The notes: a model not told the origin generated them from the sequence alone. 61,997 nt of DNA, filler included, from Globobulimina sp. (GCA_003354225.1; 16 parts of 16 records of this genome joined end to end with filler, not necessarily neighbours in it), one strand, 5' to 3'; positions 11,090 to 24,868 are shown, numbered from the whole stretch's first letter. Numbers and translations: made by a program.

Positions 11090-11347
11090 CTAACAAGAAC
11101 AATCATGGGAACAGAAGACCTTTGTATATTCTATATCTTCTAACTTACAAATTGGACACGAAGCACTCTTTTTTCGCCTCAACAATATGTTTGTCCAAGA
11201 ATCCATACAATATTCATGAAAAAGATGGCCACATTCAGACACCTTTGTATACGAAATTATATATAAAATAGAGTCTACATTAATAATAACACATACTATG
11301 AGATCTTTTCTCATTTTTTGTAGACAAATGCTACAGTCGAGAGACAT
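11090..11347 (-). CDS. Small RING-H2 finger protein (probable in-frame intron 11243-11296)
   Basis: CSIC...ECGHLFHEYC...W...CPIC. Removing a 54-nt GTATG...AAAG intron restores normal RING spacing. Confidence 0.75.
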   Translation of the reverse strand: MSLDCSICLQKMRKDLIVCVIINVDSILYIISYTKVSECGHLFHEYCMDSWTNILLRRKKSASCPICKLEDIEYTKVFCSHDCSC

Positions 11348-11653
11348 CCTGCAAAATACGAAAGAAGTTAAGTTTTCTACTTAAAACATCTCTGTGTTAA
11401 GTGACCATTGACCAAAAAAAGAAACATGTAGACATTACAACTAAACGTTAAATTAATAGTCCACCCATACGAAGGGCGATCGTTATTGGAATAAACAATA
11501 TCAAAACCGACAATCTATTCATGCAAATCGCAGTTCAAATGTTTCATCAAAATNNNNNNNNNNNNNNNNNNNNNNNNNNNNNNNNNNNNNNNNNNNNTTA
11601 ATTAATTAANNNNNNNNNNNNNNNNNNNNNNNNNNNNNNNNNNNNNNNNNNNN

Positions 11654-14600
11654 AATTCAAGCTTAATTTTATGCACTTCGCCGGCTCGTCTCATTGAAGA
11701 AATTGTACCATTCGATGTTACATTTTTTCCACTCCATCAAAATCATTGGCTGTCTAATTTGCGCCATAACTATAATATTTCCTTTACATTTCAAAATATC
11801 TCAATTATAAATGATATAACACCCAAATATATCATCGCAAATCATCGAGTATGGATCCGAATTGAGGCCAAAAAGTATTTCTCATTCAATATCAATCATA
11901 GCGGATTAAAATGTAAATTTAATGCGACTGTGACAAATGCCATAATAATAAACAACGAATCCATTAAATGTTTGTCGCCACCCTTAAATGTTGGCAATTA
12001 TGTGATAAAACTGAGTAATAATCTTGGTGTGGATTGGAGTGAAACCTATGGATATTTAAAAGTTATTGCGGACTCAAAAATATATACAATCGCACCATTA
12101 CATGGACCTGTTTCCGGTGGTACATTAATTTCAATTTATGGTTCTTTTATTTTTGAAAATAATTCCAATGTTTCATGTGTAACTGGCGATGTTGAGATGA
12201 GTCCGATATCGATGAATGAGACATTAATTACCTGTGTCACTCCGCTATCGCATTATGCACAAATGGTTGAGATAAATATAAATATCGATGACAGAATAAT
12301 AACAAGCTATGGTTTACAATTTGAATATATATCCATCGCAAAATTATATCAAATTTATCCAAGGAAAACCACAAATAATATTATAGTTCATGGCAGATAT
12401 TTTCATAGATTACAAAGGTTAAAATGTGTGTTTAATGCTACCCTTTATATAAATATCATATATATAAATTCGACCACTTTATGGTGTTTAATACCAAATA
12501 TTACCACACAAAATGTACCATTTTATTTGGAATCTATGAATCATAATTATTCCACTACAAAACAATTGACATTTACTAATCGTGAAAGGACAGAGATACA
12601 ATTATTGAATTGGAATATTATTGGGGATGAAATAACAATTTCCGGTACAAATTTTTTTATGGACGAATATTCAGATTTAATTTGTAAATTTCAAGATATT
12701 TATTACAATGATGGATACTTTCTCGATTCTACGACAATTATTTGTTATGTTCCATTTCGTGTAAACTATCCATTAAATATTACTGTGAGTTGTAATGGTT
12801 ATGATTGGTCGAATTATTTAGAAATTACAGTTCCGATAATAACCAATGATGAGTCTGATATATATAATATATATCCACGTGGTGGCACAATTAATGGTAA
12901 TACAACAATACGTATAAATGGTGCACATTTTGATAATTATACTCTGCTTTATTTTGGTCAAAATAATATGGCACAAAATGTTGAAATCCTAAATGCATCG
13001 TTCATATCGTGTCAATCGCCAATACCAATACATAACAATTATTTGGTTCAATTATTCATTGAATCATCATTAACCAAACGATTAATTGCCACTCCCGTTG
13101 CATATCAATACGAAATAATACCATTTCTATCCAGGTTAGAACCAACGGTAATAAATACTAATTATTCTGATCCACATATTATTTCCATGTACGGCTCAAA
13201 CTTTCACTCAAATTACAATTTAAAATGTGTGTTTTTTGAGAGTGGAAATTCATCGAACTCTCATTATGTTTATAACACAACAATGCCAACATTTATTTCG
13301 GAACATTTTATATTTTGTCCAATTTTACAAAATTTGAACGTATTCAACATAGAAATTTGCATCACAAATTTTAATGATTTCAATGAATGTTCAAATTCAT
13401 TAACATTGTCATTTTCAAATGAAAAGTTAATATCAATATATCCACAAATCTCACCGATAAACAGCAAGGCATTGATAAAAGTCATCGGGAATAATTTCAG
13501 AGCAAATGCAGATTATCAATGCATATTTGGATCATATTCCGTTTTTGCATCTTATTACAATTCAACAACGTTATTTTGTTATACGCCCAGTCATATTAAT
13601 TACGCACAAGATATTACATTTAAATTATCGTATAATATGAAACATACATTACGCACATCATTCATGTTTAAATTTGTTGAATCTGTGATCATTTCAAAGA
13701 TAAAACCTCAAATTGGTTCAATTAATGGCAACACGACAATTACAATGACATCTTCAACATTACCAATAAGTTATAGATTCAATATGAATGATAAGTTACA
13801 CTGTAAATTTAACGATACACTAATTTCTGCCGCAACATATATAAATTCCACAGTTATTCAATGTGACACACCTCCATTCTCACAGTATAATGCTTATGTT
13901 TCGATCTCAATCTCTATAAATGATGGATATTATTTTGCGAAAATACCCTTTAAATTCAAATATGTGAAACCAATTTATATTACTAATATATCTACAAACT
14001 ACGGAATGATGTCCACGCCCAATTCTATTTGGATTAGAGGTTCAAATTTTAATTCCTACCAATTTTCAACGTTATATATTTCCGATCAATGCACATATTT
14101 ACGAATATTTAATTCCACACATTTATATGGAATAACATCAGCATTTTATTTAAATACATCGAGGCATAAAACGGATATAAATTTGAAAATTAATTCCGTT
14201 AATACACAAAAAAATGATCAACAAATTGTATTTACCTATGTTTCGTTCATTATTGACTATATTTCACCGAATATATCCGTACCAAATGGCACAAGTATAG
14301 AGATTCATGGATCTAATTATAACTATTCATTGTTACTGTTACATGAGCCTATTACATGTTATTTTGGTCCAGTTGCAGTGAATGCGCATCTCATAAGCTC
14401 GACATTACTTATTTGTGTTGCCCCACCTCAACCAAACCCATTTACTAATATTAGATTAAAAATCAACAACAATAATGATAATAATTATGATTATATTTGG
14501 CATGGAGAAAATCCATTTATTAATTGGATTGAACCAACCTCTGGTTCAATATTTGGAGCCACCATTGTTAATATCACAGGAATGAATCTTTATCAGTCAT

Positions 14601-15436
14601 ATCAATTGAAATGTCAATTCGGCCCAACCATTGTTGATAGCATATGGTTTTCAGACACTATGATTCAATGTATATCACCACCTTTAAATAACACAATTGT
14701 AAATGATAGGATTGTTGACTTATTCCTAACAAATAAGCATAATGAATATTATTCATATCAAAGTGTGCCATTTAGATATTTTGAACCAAGCGAGCAGGCT
14801 ATGACAGACAATATTGATGTGGTAGACATTACAGATATTTCTGGTTGGTATACAATGCAATCCTCTGATAAGCAAATCGCAATTGATATTATTAATACAC
14901 ACATTCACAATACAATCTATGTCAATTCAAGTGTTACTAAATTTTATTTAAATCCGTTTGCAATCAATTCGTTAAAATATCCAACCATTTCATCCATACA
15001 ACCACAATATAAAACTGTATCAAACTCAAATCAATCCAATCAAACAATAATTGTTTATGGGATAAATTTTATTTCAGCGTCACAATGTGTATTCAATGGA
15101 ATAGCTGCAATAAATTCAATATATATAAATTCAACCACAATGATATGCATATTATCATCATCATTTATGCTGCAACCGACAGTGATTAATGTTGTAATTA
15201 CAAATTATGATTTGGATATATTTGCAAATAGTTATGATTTTGTAGTTTACGTAGCACCAAACATACCAATTGCAATAAATCATACAATTGATAATGAGTT
15301 TGTCATTACCAATATTACAAGACATAAATTTGACGAGTTTTCAAATTGCTTTATGTCTATAAATAGTGGGCCATTATCGGGTGGAACAAATGTTACTTTT
15401 TATGGTATTACAACATTACCATTACCATCTACACCA
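11654..15436 (+). CDS. IPT/TIG-repeat surface protein (partial at both ends)
   Basis: Many ~90-aa repeats of the form I.P..G...GGT.I.I.G.NF...C.F.......N.T...C..P, with numerous N-glycosylation sequons. Confidence 0.88.
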
Positions 15437-15536
15437 NNNNNNNNNNNNNNNNNNNNNNNNNNNNNNNNNNNNNNNNNNNNTTAATTAATTAANNNNNNNN
15501 NNNNNNNNNNNNNNNNNNNNNNNNNNNNNNNNNNNN

Positions 15537-16440
15537 GATGTTCCAAATCTACAGTTTGCCCCTTCAACGTATGATGTTGGCTCATTAACGAATTATACTT
15601 CACATATCCATTAATCCCCGCGGCTACAAAACCGAGTCCAATCACAGTGCCTAAGGTCATCATCTTCCTATAACGCCGATGTGTTACTGTCAAATCATTC
15701 AAATGTCGCCTCGATAAGCGACATATTTCACTCTGATATGCTTTCCTTTGATGTTGAAACACACCGTCTGGAATCATACCAAATGCTTCATATATTTGAT
15801 GCATTTCGCGTAATATATCATCCCTTGTTTGATAACATTCCTTTTCATCATAGTTTTGTGTGTCAGTAACAAAACATTGTTCATTTATTTGTTGTGAGTA
15901 ATTGTACACCAAACCGGAAGCTCTCCGCCCTTTATTTTTCTGCTGCAATAACTGTTGTAATATGTCTCTAACATTGCGCATTCTTTTACATTTGGTGAAT
16001 ACCATAGAAACATGTTTTAATTGCGTAGAATCAAAGCAATCTCGCATAAAATATATGGATTGTTCCGTATCGATTGATATGCGCTCCCATGGAATGACTA
16101 TCAGAAACGCAGTGATTCCGGTTTCTGAAATTTTTATGCATTCGTTTATTTTTATTAACATGGAGTGTATAGAGGGTAATCGGTCATTATCTGCGTCAAA
16201 CCAGCCGGGCGTGTCTGTGATTTCAAAATTAATGTCTTTATTATTGATTTTGTAGAGGAAATGTGTTGAGGACGATCGTTGAGTGCAGGAATCCAATCCG
16301 TCACTCACTTTAAAGGCTGGGGAATCGCATAAAAAGTTGCATAATGAGCTTTTGCCTACGCCCGATGCTCCCAATATGCAAATACGAACTACTTCTTCTT
16401 CTCCTGGATTGATTTGTTGATTGTCCAACGGCTGTGCCAT
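15537..16440 (-). CDS. AIG1/GIMAP-family GTPase with C-terminal hydrophobic anchor (3' partial)
   Basis: G1 GASGVGKSS, G2 SCT, G3 DTPG, G4 VFTK; hydrophobic LGTVIGLGFVAAGI. Confidence 0.8.
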
Positions 16441-16578
16441 GATTATTTGAGTTTTACTCCAAAATAAAAGTTAAGAAAAGTTAAACATCCTGGACACTGC
16501 ATCCCCAATCCTGCATCCCCAACAGTTTTCTAGTCAAAACTTGTCATTTCCAAAAATGGTGCTCGCCAGTTATTCAGC

Positions 16579-19318
16579 ATGACCCTTGCTGCTAGCATAC
16601 CGAGAATTAATCGATTGGTGATGTTATTCATGGCGATATTCGCATTTCACGTCATGGCGTCTCGATTATGGAATTATGAAGTACAATTAATTTTAAGCAT
16701 TAATAATCCACTAAAAATAGAAATATTATACATATTATACATTCATAATCCACAAAGCATGCACAACACAACTGGATATTACACTAAGTCAGCAAGAAAT
16801 GTCACCGGGAGAAAAACGACAACGCGGATTACCAAGAAAAGGCGCAATTCTGATATATTTTATATACATAACACGAACAGTATATCACAGGAATTGCAAA
16901 ATTTATCATTACTCTCAACAACAGATGAAGTCGTAGATAGCGATGACGATGAAGACGAATTGCAAAATTTATCATTACTCTCAACAAGAGATGAAGCCGT
17001 AGATAGCGATGACGATGAAGACAATGAAGACGATGACGATGATTTGGATTTAGATGGTTTATACGCTCATCTAACTTTTACACAGAAAATACTTAATTTA
17101 TCCATCAATACAGATATTTTGCATATAATACGAGACAGTTTCAATATCAAATTACCAGCCTCTATTCAAAGTATCCTTTTAGCATCAAAAAACCCGGCCG
17201 TGTTTCAAGTATATGATAATAATCCATTTTATGGAGTATATCACATCAATGAGTGTCAGTGTCAATATAATTTTATAACTCATATATCCGAGAATGCAAA
17301 TGCATCAATACAATGTGGAGAATGCAAACATTGGATTTGTAAACGTGTTGCTGGTTATGACGCATTTTCAGAAGCATCTGTTATGTCCGAAGGTTTATTG
17401 TTTGTATGCGATAATTGTACGCCGACTGCTGCTGCTATCTCCATCCAGTTCCCGTTACATATTCCATTACCTGACTCTGCAAACATTATACCTCGTGTCG
17501 AAAGTAACATGCGCAGAAAGCAAGAGCAAGCAAACATAGTCGCCAACAATTTGCAAACGAATATTAAAACCCCTGGACTGGTCGAAAAATTTACATATAA
17601 TTCCATAGAATATGAACGATATGACGAATCAAAAACCGATGATCAAATAATAAATATTCCATTCGAAGCATTCGCGAAAATCGTTAAAATGAAATCATTT
17701 CGGGATTTTTATCATTGTGCAACCGCCAAAAAAAAACTCGAAGGGTTTTTTCAAAAGGGTGCTACCTATTTATTGTATGACGCATTACGGAAGAAAGATA
17801 TAGGTTGTCTTAAGTTGAAACCTCATATTGTTCCATTGGCGCACCCAAAGAAAGTTTTTGATAGAAAATATGGAATAACGGTACCTATACTATGTTACAG
17901 GATCGAATGTGGAATAAAATCAATCAAAGACGGCAACATCATGCTTACCAAACATGACAAAGGACGACGAAATTTACATCGCATTGACCACAACAAACAT
18001 ATTAAATGTTTATTTCGGTGTAACCTGGCAGAGTGTATGCGAATTGCTGCAATTGGTTCACATCAACATGCACAAAATGAGACTGTGCAAATAACAATAA
18101 TATATTCAACAGAAAACGACAGATTTAATTTTTCATCAGAATGTAATCACGATTCAAACGCAAACAGTTGTTTTGATCCTACAGCTGTGGCTGACCATAA
18201 ATTTAAAAATACTGCAAATTTACCAACACAGCAATTAAATGAGTTGTTATCGAAACAACCGCAGCCAATGGTTTTATGTGGCAATTTGTTTGGAGTGCCA
18301 TCGCTCAAAATGTTATGGAAAAGATCGAGTCGTATAAAATTGGCTGAACGAGGTCGCGTTAATCCGAACACAACAGATTGGCCCACGTTATTACTACAAG
18401 CAGAACACAAAATGCTGAAAGAATGCTACGCTGATAATAATATCGATCCTATAACAGATAAAAATTTCAGTGTTAACAGATTTTATTATAATCCAATAGT
18501 ATGTCGATTATCAGCTCCTCTTTTATGTGTTATTGTCAATCCAGCTGGTTTGGATAATATGGTCAATCAAGGCTCTATTGAGGACGGTGTCAAAAGATCG
18601 TTATATATAGATTCAGCAGCAAATCAATGCACTACCTCTGGCCAATCATATTGGGGTAAAGCTGTTCCTCACGATCAATTAGAACCGATGGATTTTTTTG
18701 GAGATATACATACAGTTTATGCTTCTACAGATATTGGATTCAATGCAAATCAAGGTGTTGGAGGAGGATTCAACATGGTTGGTGCTTCTATTACAGATTG
18801 CCCGACATTTGAACCGGTAAGTAAGCTCGTTTACGCACTCCATAACAAACTCGCAAGGAAAACCGGGAAAGGATTGAATCATTATATTACTGAGTATACC
18901 TCAGACTTCGATCCCCGTATTATCAAAGGGATTGTTTCGTTTTTAGATCCGTCAATTACTACTGTTTGGGAATATGCTGCATTGCGCTGGAATGAATGCT
19001 ATAATCTGCATCAGAAGGAAATGAAAGAAAATTATTATAAAATAGGATACGGACATTATATCCACGCGATTGAAAGACGAACAAATGAGAATCTCGACAC
19101 AGGATTGAAGAGAAGTGTAAGGGTAACAATCCACTCACATCAATATTTAACATACGTGACGATGTATAATGATAAACCACCTTACCCTAAATTCGGTGCC
19201 CTTTATTATACAGCTTTATGTTGGTCCAATGAGTATTTATTATGGGAAAAATATGTGCCTGATAACGGTAAAATTTATAATTTTATCGTGTCACATGAAA
19301 TCGCACCCAAATCAAAGG
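16579..19318 (+). mobile_element. Putative MULE/NOF-like DDE transposase with PHD-like finger (3' partial; start uncertain)
   Basis: LYIDS (~18601), TSDFDPRII.G (~18900) and GYGHYIHA (~19045) resemble the D..D..(C)xxH core of NOF-type Mutator transposases. CQC..IQCGECKHW..FVCDNC is PHD-like. Confidence 0.5.
16891..17022 (+). repeat. 66-bp in-frame tandem duplication
   Basis: 16891-16956 and 16957-17022 differ at 2 positions; the unit encodes ELQNLSLLST.DE.VDSDDDED. Confidence 0.95.
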
Positions 19319-19418
19319 NNNNNNNNNNNNNNNNNNNNNNNNNNNNNNNNNNNNNNNNNNNNTTAATTAATTAANNNNNNNNNNNNNNNNNNNNNNNNNN
19401 NNNNNNNNNNNNNNNNNN

Positions 19419-19987
19419 AAAAATGTCATCATTCATTTGGACCATTAACAGTCTTAATAAACAGTGCAGGAATTGGCCATAATCAGTTGGTAAATAATAA
19501 GATGTGCATTGATGCAGCGCATAAATGTATTGATGTTAATTTAAAAGGAGTGATAAATTCATGTGTTTTCAGTGTTGATTATTTAAAAGAGACAAAAAAT
19601 AAATATCCCACATATCCGGTGTCAATTATTAACATAAATTCAATATCGTCATTGGACAAAGAAACAGATGCAACATTCGGTATTTATGTTGCATCAAAAT
19701 TCGGTGTTCGTGGGTTTACGCAATGTTTATTCAATGAATTGAGAGAGTTTGGGATTAAAGTTACAGACATTGCGCCGGGATGGATCGATACAGAAATGGT
19801 GACTGTATTTTATCCGCATTGTCGGATTTTATCGGACCAAATCATGACTGTCAACGATATTGCTAAAACTGTTGAATATGTGTTGAATATCTCACATAAA
19901 GCTGTCCCAACTCATATAACATTATACACACAATATGATGCACGGAAAAGAAATCATCTTTCAAGTCTTATTGAGTCTAAGTTATAA
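19419..19987 (+). CDS. Short-chain dehydrogenase/reductase (5' partial)
   Basis: LINSAG, DVNLKG, YVASK (YxxxK), ELREFGIKV..IAPGWIDT. Confidence 0.9.
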
Positions 19988-20091
19988 ATACTTGTTTTTC
20001 ACTTTACAATATTCGGTACAATCCATGCGAGAATAAGACTAAAAACTAAAAACTAAAAACATTCACCTTTTAAAATTCTGGTTAAAGGAAT

Positions 20092-20667
20092 ATGAGTCGC
20101 AAACTTAAAAAACACAATAGATCTACAATCAAAAAAGATAAAGTTGATGATATTGCAGCTCAAAATGGATGGGATTTGGTTCCAACCAAAAATTCTAAAA
20201 TGGTATCATATGCTAAGAGTGGTCAAAGAGTGAATGTATACCATACAACAGGAACTGTTACGACATGCATCGATCATCCAACAAAAGGAAAAACACAGTT
20301 ACATCGACGGCAAGTATCAGATGATCAACTTGGTGCAATATTCAATAATCCGCGAAAGCATACAAATAAAGGATATTATACTAAAAAAAATGATGATGTA
20401 ACATCATATTTAGACAGGTGTTCGAAATCACGATCAAGGAGCAATTACAACGGAAATAGAAATAATAGAAACAGATACATGTATTCTCGGATAGGCAACG
20501 GAAATAGAAATAGAAATAAAAGTCGAAGTCGAAGTCGAAGTCGAAGCAGAAGTAGAAGTCGAGAACGAAATAATAATTATGGTAGATATAGAAATAGAAA
20601 TAGATCTAACGATCAATGTTTTAAATGTGGTGAGTATGGGCATTGGGCAACAAATTGTAATATTTAA
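20092..20667 (+). CDS. RS-rich protein with C-terminal CCHC zinc knuckle and uncharacterised N-terminal domain
   Basis: (SR)n tract, CFKCGEYGHWATNC; globular N-terminus RVNVYHTTGTV..C..HP..GKTQL. Confidence 0.75.
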   Translation: MSRKLKKHNRSTIKKDKVDDIAAQNGWDLVPTKNSKMVSYAKSGQRVNVYHTTGTVTTCIDHPTKGKTQLHRRQVSDDQLGAIFNNPRKHTNKGYYTKKNDDVTSYLDRCSKSRSRSNYNGNRNNRNRYMYSRIGNGNRNRNKSRSRSRSRSRSRSRERNNNYGRYRNRNRSNDQCFKCGEYGHWATNCNI

Positions 20668-21013
20668 TTCAAACAACCAACAATATACTTACTTACTTAC
20701 GTACGTACACTGAACTTAAAGTACAACTGAACTGTCTAGCAATGCATTCGCATTTTATCTTTTGTTCTGAAACACATGTAAACCAGAAACGGTTTGTTGA
20801 TTTACTTTTCTGAAACGTTTTCGGTAATATTTTCCATTAAAAAAGTTGTTTGGATATTTCACTCTTAAATTCTGCTCCAGTTCGAAGGATTTTGTTCAGG
20901 AATTGGAAAACATTCAAAAATATCCTCTCGAATATTATTAAATATCGTAATTCAGGAAAATGTTATATTTTTGCAATACATTCTTTATTCGTTCATAACA
21001 ATCTATTATTTTG

Positions 21014-21175
21014 TATCCCTACCAGCACATATTTCAGTATAGCTAAAGAGTTTTATGATTTTGTATACATCTACCAGTTTTTGCACATATTTCAGCTAGC
21101 ATAGCAAAAGATTCTTATGATTTAGTAAATCCCTACCAGTTTTTGCACATATTCCAACATAGCTAAAGATTATTA
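21014..21175. repeat. Three diverged ~57-bp tandem repeats
   Basis: CTACCAG(TTTTT)GCACATATT.CA...ATAGC.AAAGA repeated near 21019, 21072 and 21133. Confidence 0.8.
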
Positions 21176-21374
21176 TTAATACATATTGTAGTTAATATTT
21201 TTACTTAAATTACCTATTCAATTAAATCATAATTGAATATAATTAGAATGAATTATGCATTTTTATCGGAGTTGTAAATAATTACTTTTCTTGTATTCAA
21301 CAACACCAACACACCAACAACACCAACACATACAACCAACAACATTGCAACAACTAACACTACAAAGCTAGACT

Positions 21375-22316
21375 ATGACAATTAGAGATTTTTGTATTGC
21401 TGCTTCAAAATGCGTCATTATTTTAATTGTATGGAATTTAACATATTTTGTTGTACTGCCATCGCTATCTATTTTGGATAAAAAAGACGGAATTATCTCT
21501 GCAATGTTAGCGTGTGATGAGAGGGAACAATTCGATGTAATTAAGCTTGTATTGATAAACGTGAATGTTTTTTTTATACTGGGCTTCATTTATCTGTGCA
21601 TTGATTATTACAATGAATCAAAAGGAGAGCTTCACTTAAAACGCAATGCATATCCAAATAGAAATAATGCGACTCGAATAGATTGGGATAAATATAATAA
21701 AGCCATACATTTATCCTTTTTAAACACAATTACCACATTATTTAGTACCATTTTTATATTTAATCCTTTAAGAAAACTAACAAACGCATATGTTTTTAGT
21801 AGCGGCAATGATCATTATTTCTTAGTGACACTGATAAAAATGCCATTTTTATTGTTATTAACGGACATTATATTTTATGCAGGACATTGTCAAATGCATC
21901 GTATCCAATGGTTGTATTCAAATGTACATAAAATACATCATCAATTTGTAGATACATTTGCGTTCTGTGGTTATGCGTGCCATCCATTGGAACATCTTAC
22001 TGTAAATTTATCAGCGGCTGTATTACCCCCAATTATGTTAAATCTACCATTTCATTGGCAAGTGCTGTATACAATCGGTGCTTCAATCAATGCTGCAATA
22101 AGTCATTCTGGATATAATTGGGAATATCATGATTTACACCACCATTTTCAAAATGTTAGTTATGGTGTAATTGGTGGATTTTGTGATATGTTGTTTAAAA
22201 CACAAATTCAAGCTATGCTTCCAAAAACATTTAAGCTTATTCCAAAGCCATCAAACTCAACACATATATTAATATTGTCTTGTTCTTTGTTTGTTGTGTT
22301 TTTTCTTTATTTTTGA
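21375..22316 (+). CDS. Fatty acid hydroxylase / sterol desaturase family membrane enzyme
   Basis: His boxes HCQMH, HKIHH, HDLHHH; HPLE motif; several TM helices. Confidence 0.9.
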   Translation: MTIRDFCIAASKCVIILIVWNLTYFVVLPSLSILDKKDGIISAMLACDEREQFDVIKLVLINVNVFFILGFIYLCIDYYNESKGELHLKRNAYPNRNNATRIDWDKYNKAIHLSFLNTITTLFSTIFIFNPLRKLTNAYVFSSGNDHYFLVTLIKMPFLLLLTDIIFYAGHCQMHRIQWLYSNVHKIHHQFVDTFAFCGYACHPLEHLTVNLSAAVLPPIMLNLPFHWQVLYTIGASINAAISHSGYNWEYHDLHHHFQNVSYGVIGGFCDMLFKTQIQAMLPKTFKLIPKPSNSTHILILSCSLFVVFFLYF

Positions 22317-22439
22317 TTATTTCGAACCGATATATGTGCTCTTTTTTATCTATCAAAAAGCCGTAAAAGTTACAAAAATGATAAAATGTTAAAAATCGTA
22401 AAAATCGTGAAAATCCATGAAAAGTGCTAAAAAAATGAA

Positions 22440-22785
22440 TATTGATGCAAGGTATAGTAGAAAGCATTCATATTAATGCGATATTAATGTAATATTTTGC
22501 AGTATTAATGCTATACCGACATATTAATGCAGTATTAATGATATATTAATGCAATATTTTGCATTTTCAAAATCCTAAAATGCTATATTTGTAGCGCATT
22601 AATATGTTTTTTAATTCTTTTATATTAATGTAGTATTAATGATATGTTAATGCTATTTTATAGCGTTTATATTAATGTCATATTAATGTTAATGCTTATA
22701 TTACATGTTATATTAATTTAATGCTACATGTTAATGCTTATATTAATGATATATCATTAATATATCATTAATACTGCATTTTGTT
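22440..22785. repeat. AT-rich TATTAATG-based repeat array with foldback end
   Basis: More than 15 degenerate (A)TATTAATG units. Perfect 26-bp inverted repeat between 22526-22551 and 22755-22780. Confidence 0.8.
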
Positions 22786-23300
22786 AGGCGCGATATCGTT
22801 TATCTTGGTGGATTTAAATAGATATACATTATGGCATTGGAGTATAACGTTTATGCACATTTTTTGTCCTATGTAAAGATTTAATATTATTATTTCTTAC
22901 TCAACTACGTGAAAAGGATAGTCCTGTGCAAGTTATTTCTTCTTTGCAGCCTCATTTGCTTTATATTTTATGTTGATTGTTCTATCTCTTATTGTATATC
23001 CATTGTGTGCGTGTTTTATGAACATATACGCAATGTGTTATTTAATTGATTCAATCTAAGATCGTTTCCCCCCGTGTTCAAATAATAATTATTAGCTGAT
23101 CCAATTTGTCTATCCAATATTTTTCATTATTTTTCTCTTCATTTAAAATATCTGATGGATCCATAGTGTTTGTTCTAATTCAGTAATGATATTGAAACAA
23201 NNNNNNNNNNNNNNNNNNNNNNNNNNNNNNNNNNNNNNNNNNNNTTAATTAATTAANNNNNNNNNNNNNNNNNNNNNNNNNNNNNNNNNNNNNNNNNNNN

Positions 23301-24762
23301 TTCAATTCATGCTTTGTGTCAAAGTCAAGTTAATTTATTATTATTTTTTACATTTTATTCAGTACAAAATCTAACAAATCCCTGTTTTTTTGCATTCAAA
23401 AATGTTAATTTCCCTCAATTATTACAAGAAATTTATGATATTAATACAAATCCGCTAATTAAGTCACATATTGATATATTGCTCGTACATAGCACAATAT
23501 CGCAAGATAAAAATATAAATTTTACATTATTTTCATGTTTATTTGACTCACGAAATGATAACATTTCCTCACAATTTTTATCCAACAATGATATGAATAT
23601 AATAACACTTCGTGACAATTTAATAGATTATGTTTGCAACGATACCCAACCAACAATTGAACCAACAACGATTCCAACAACAAACCCCATTTCCGATATT
23701 TCAAACTCAGTAAAATGTGAATGTAAAGACACAAATTATGAAATTGATTATTTATATAAAGAAACATTTGGTGATATATTACATTGTTATCGATATAATA
23801 TATCTTTATCTCCAGACATTGACAAACAATCCACAAACTGCACAGCAACAAATGTTAATGAATGGAATATTTATTTACCAAAATATTGTGATAATCATCA
23901 AATTGACGGCACACAAAAATATCTTTGGTCCTGTTCTCCAAATTGTAATATTGACAATGATTATGATGAGGAATTATTTAAATTAATGTTCAAAAATAAT
24001 ATAAATATTAAAGACGCCATGCAATTTGAAATTTGTTTATTTGCGATTGATTCGGTCATTGATGATCATAAATCGTTAGCCATTTATGGAGAAAATGAAA
24101 ATAAAATTGAAATAAACTCATTTTGTTCTGTTTCTATTCCAAATATCTGTGATCAAACAACATTAATTCCGATATCGCCGCCAACCACAACTGAAATAAA
24201 TAATGAATGCAATGCGTTTGAAACAAATTGGAACGTTATTTTATTTGATATGTATCCAATGCAAAGTGTAAATAAAAATAAATATAAAAAAACGAATTAT
24301 TTAGAACCAAAAATAGGAAAAAATAATAGAAAACAAACGTTTTTGTATGAAAAAAATATTAATAATAATAATAATAGTTATATAAATTCGACTTGTTTTG
24401 TTTATCGCTTCTATAATTTTAACAGAAATAATGAATGTTACGGTGATCCATCAAATATAAAACATTGGATATTATCAATTGGAATGAATGCAGATTGTCC
24501 GACAATACATTTAGTGGAGAAATTAATACATGTAAATCCGTCTGGAACTAACAATTTTAATGTTGTAATAAGAGATGAAACGACTGCATTTACTGGATAT
24601 AAATGGTCAAATTCACTTCCATTAATTGGACAATATCAAGATTTCACGATTTGTATTAAAGGGAATAATAATAATAATACAATTAATGCGAATTGGAGTG
24701 TTTTTGGTCATAATGGATATTATACAAAAAATGGAAACGTAACAATTCCTGCGGTCTGTTAA
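23301..24762 (+). CDS. Cys-rich, Pro/Thr-linker extracellular protein (5' partial)
   Basis: Long ORF with PT linkers separating two similar Cys modules (C(Y/F).Y....C......W.(I/L)....C). Confidence 0.6.
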
Positions 24763-24868
24763 CGTTTGACACCATAAATTACTGCAAATATAATATGTTT
24801 GATCCAAACAGGCAAAACTAATTTTTTCTAGTGTTTTTTGACAGAAACGAAGTAAGACTTGAAGTTCA

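Noticed and set aside
21014-21175. CRISPR-like array
   Set aside because: Units are diverged tandem copies without unique spacers; no cas genes; eukaryotic context.
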